From Lama glama (Eukaryota), in contig CM052816.1 in the NCBI GenBank assembly GCA_028534125.1, positions 101,680,001 through 101,744,000 on the forward strand: a stretch of DNA of 64,000 nt, given 5' to 3'. Both the position numbers and the translations under genes were made by a program. Positions within the stretch are counted from its first letter, which is position 1. The number at the start of each line of letters is the position of its first letter. Positions 63,245 to 64,000 of the stretch are shown here, in pieces. Under the pieces are notes generated by a model that saw only the letters and a list, made by a program, of their open reading frames with translations, was not told the DNA's origin and did no database searches.

Positions 63245-64000
63245 TAGGGTCATTGGGAAAGGCCCATGGGCCACTCAGCACTTGGGGTTGTTAAATCCGT
63301 CAGCAGCCAGTCCACGCACATCTCAGGCCTATGTCCTGCTTGCGAATGAAGTCCGGTCTGACCAGGTTGGCCGGTGGGTGGGGCAGTGGGAATGGCGCCT
63401 GTCCCTCCCCCTTGGCAGGGAGGTGGGCTCCAGCCTCCCTCCCCACCTCCAGGGCCCCAGGGGAAGAGGGGCAGCCCCTCTGGCAGAGGCTGGCCTTGGA
63501 GCCCCACGACTGTGAGCCCAGGTGGACCTGCACCTGGGCAGGAGGTTTGGGTATCGTTTCCACTCAAATGGGCGAGGAAAAGCCACACCAGCGTCTCCTC
63601 TGTCACCACTCCACCTGTGTCTGCAGCTCCTCTCCCTGCCGGAGTTTCCTGTCCTTGTGGTTACTTAATTCAGCCCAGACATACCACGGAGCCGCGCCCC
63701 ACCCACCTGGTAAAAAAGTAGAGAGGGCAGGGCTCACCTGAGGCCTCGTGCACGTGCCAGCTTCCATGCACCCTGAACGCCGCCCCTGTTTGCCTCATGG
63801 GTCTGCTGGTTGAGTTCCTGGCATTCCGGGCGACTGGGGAGCTGAGCAGGTGGCTGTCGGCACCACGGGCACCTGTCCATGCTCAGCCTTGGCCTCCAAC
63901 AGTTCCACCTGGGGAACCAGGTTCAGGGACAGGCCCAGACGGCTCCTCCCTCTGACTGAAGGACGAGCATGCCTCCCCACGCCACCGTGGGGGTCAAGAC

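Overview
GC-rich mammalian genomic DNA, most likely from a camelid, judged from two tRNA-Ala-derived SINEs and a camelid/artiodactyl-type L1 3' end. The only protein-coding gene I can support is the 5' part of SLC9A3 (NHE3, Na+/H+ exchanger 3) on the + strand. It has a CpG-island promoter with GC boxes and an atypical ATTAAA TATA box, coding exon 1 (37623-37827), a 25.0-kb intron 1 and coding exon 2 (62835-63137); the gene continues beyond the window. The remainder is ~37 kb of upstream DNA and intron holding old L1 relics, LTRs, MIR, L2 and MER58 elements, a GT-rich VNTR and two assembly gaps. I see no new gene system; the many long ORFs are expected in GC-rich DNA. The most unusual signals are evolutionary or regulatory. 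(1) A 461-bp, indel-free, ~98.5% identical, strongly GC-shifted tract is shared by two otherwise highly diverged ancient L1MC-like copies 30,229 bp apart that bracket the SLC9A3 promoter and exon 1; a SINE target-site duplication suggests this homogenisation post-dates the SINE insertion. (2) L1 and L2 relics are patchily rewritten from AT to GC, in one case into CpG-island-like DNA. (3) A ~390-bp non-TE direct duplication lies in intron 1. (4) An in-frame 7-codon uORF ends 12 nt before the NHE3 start codon. (5) Several AT-rich islands carry CDX/GATA/HNF1/FOXA motif clusters. TE family names and consensus comparisons are from memory, and TE boundaries are approximate.
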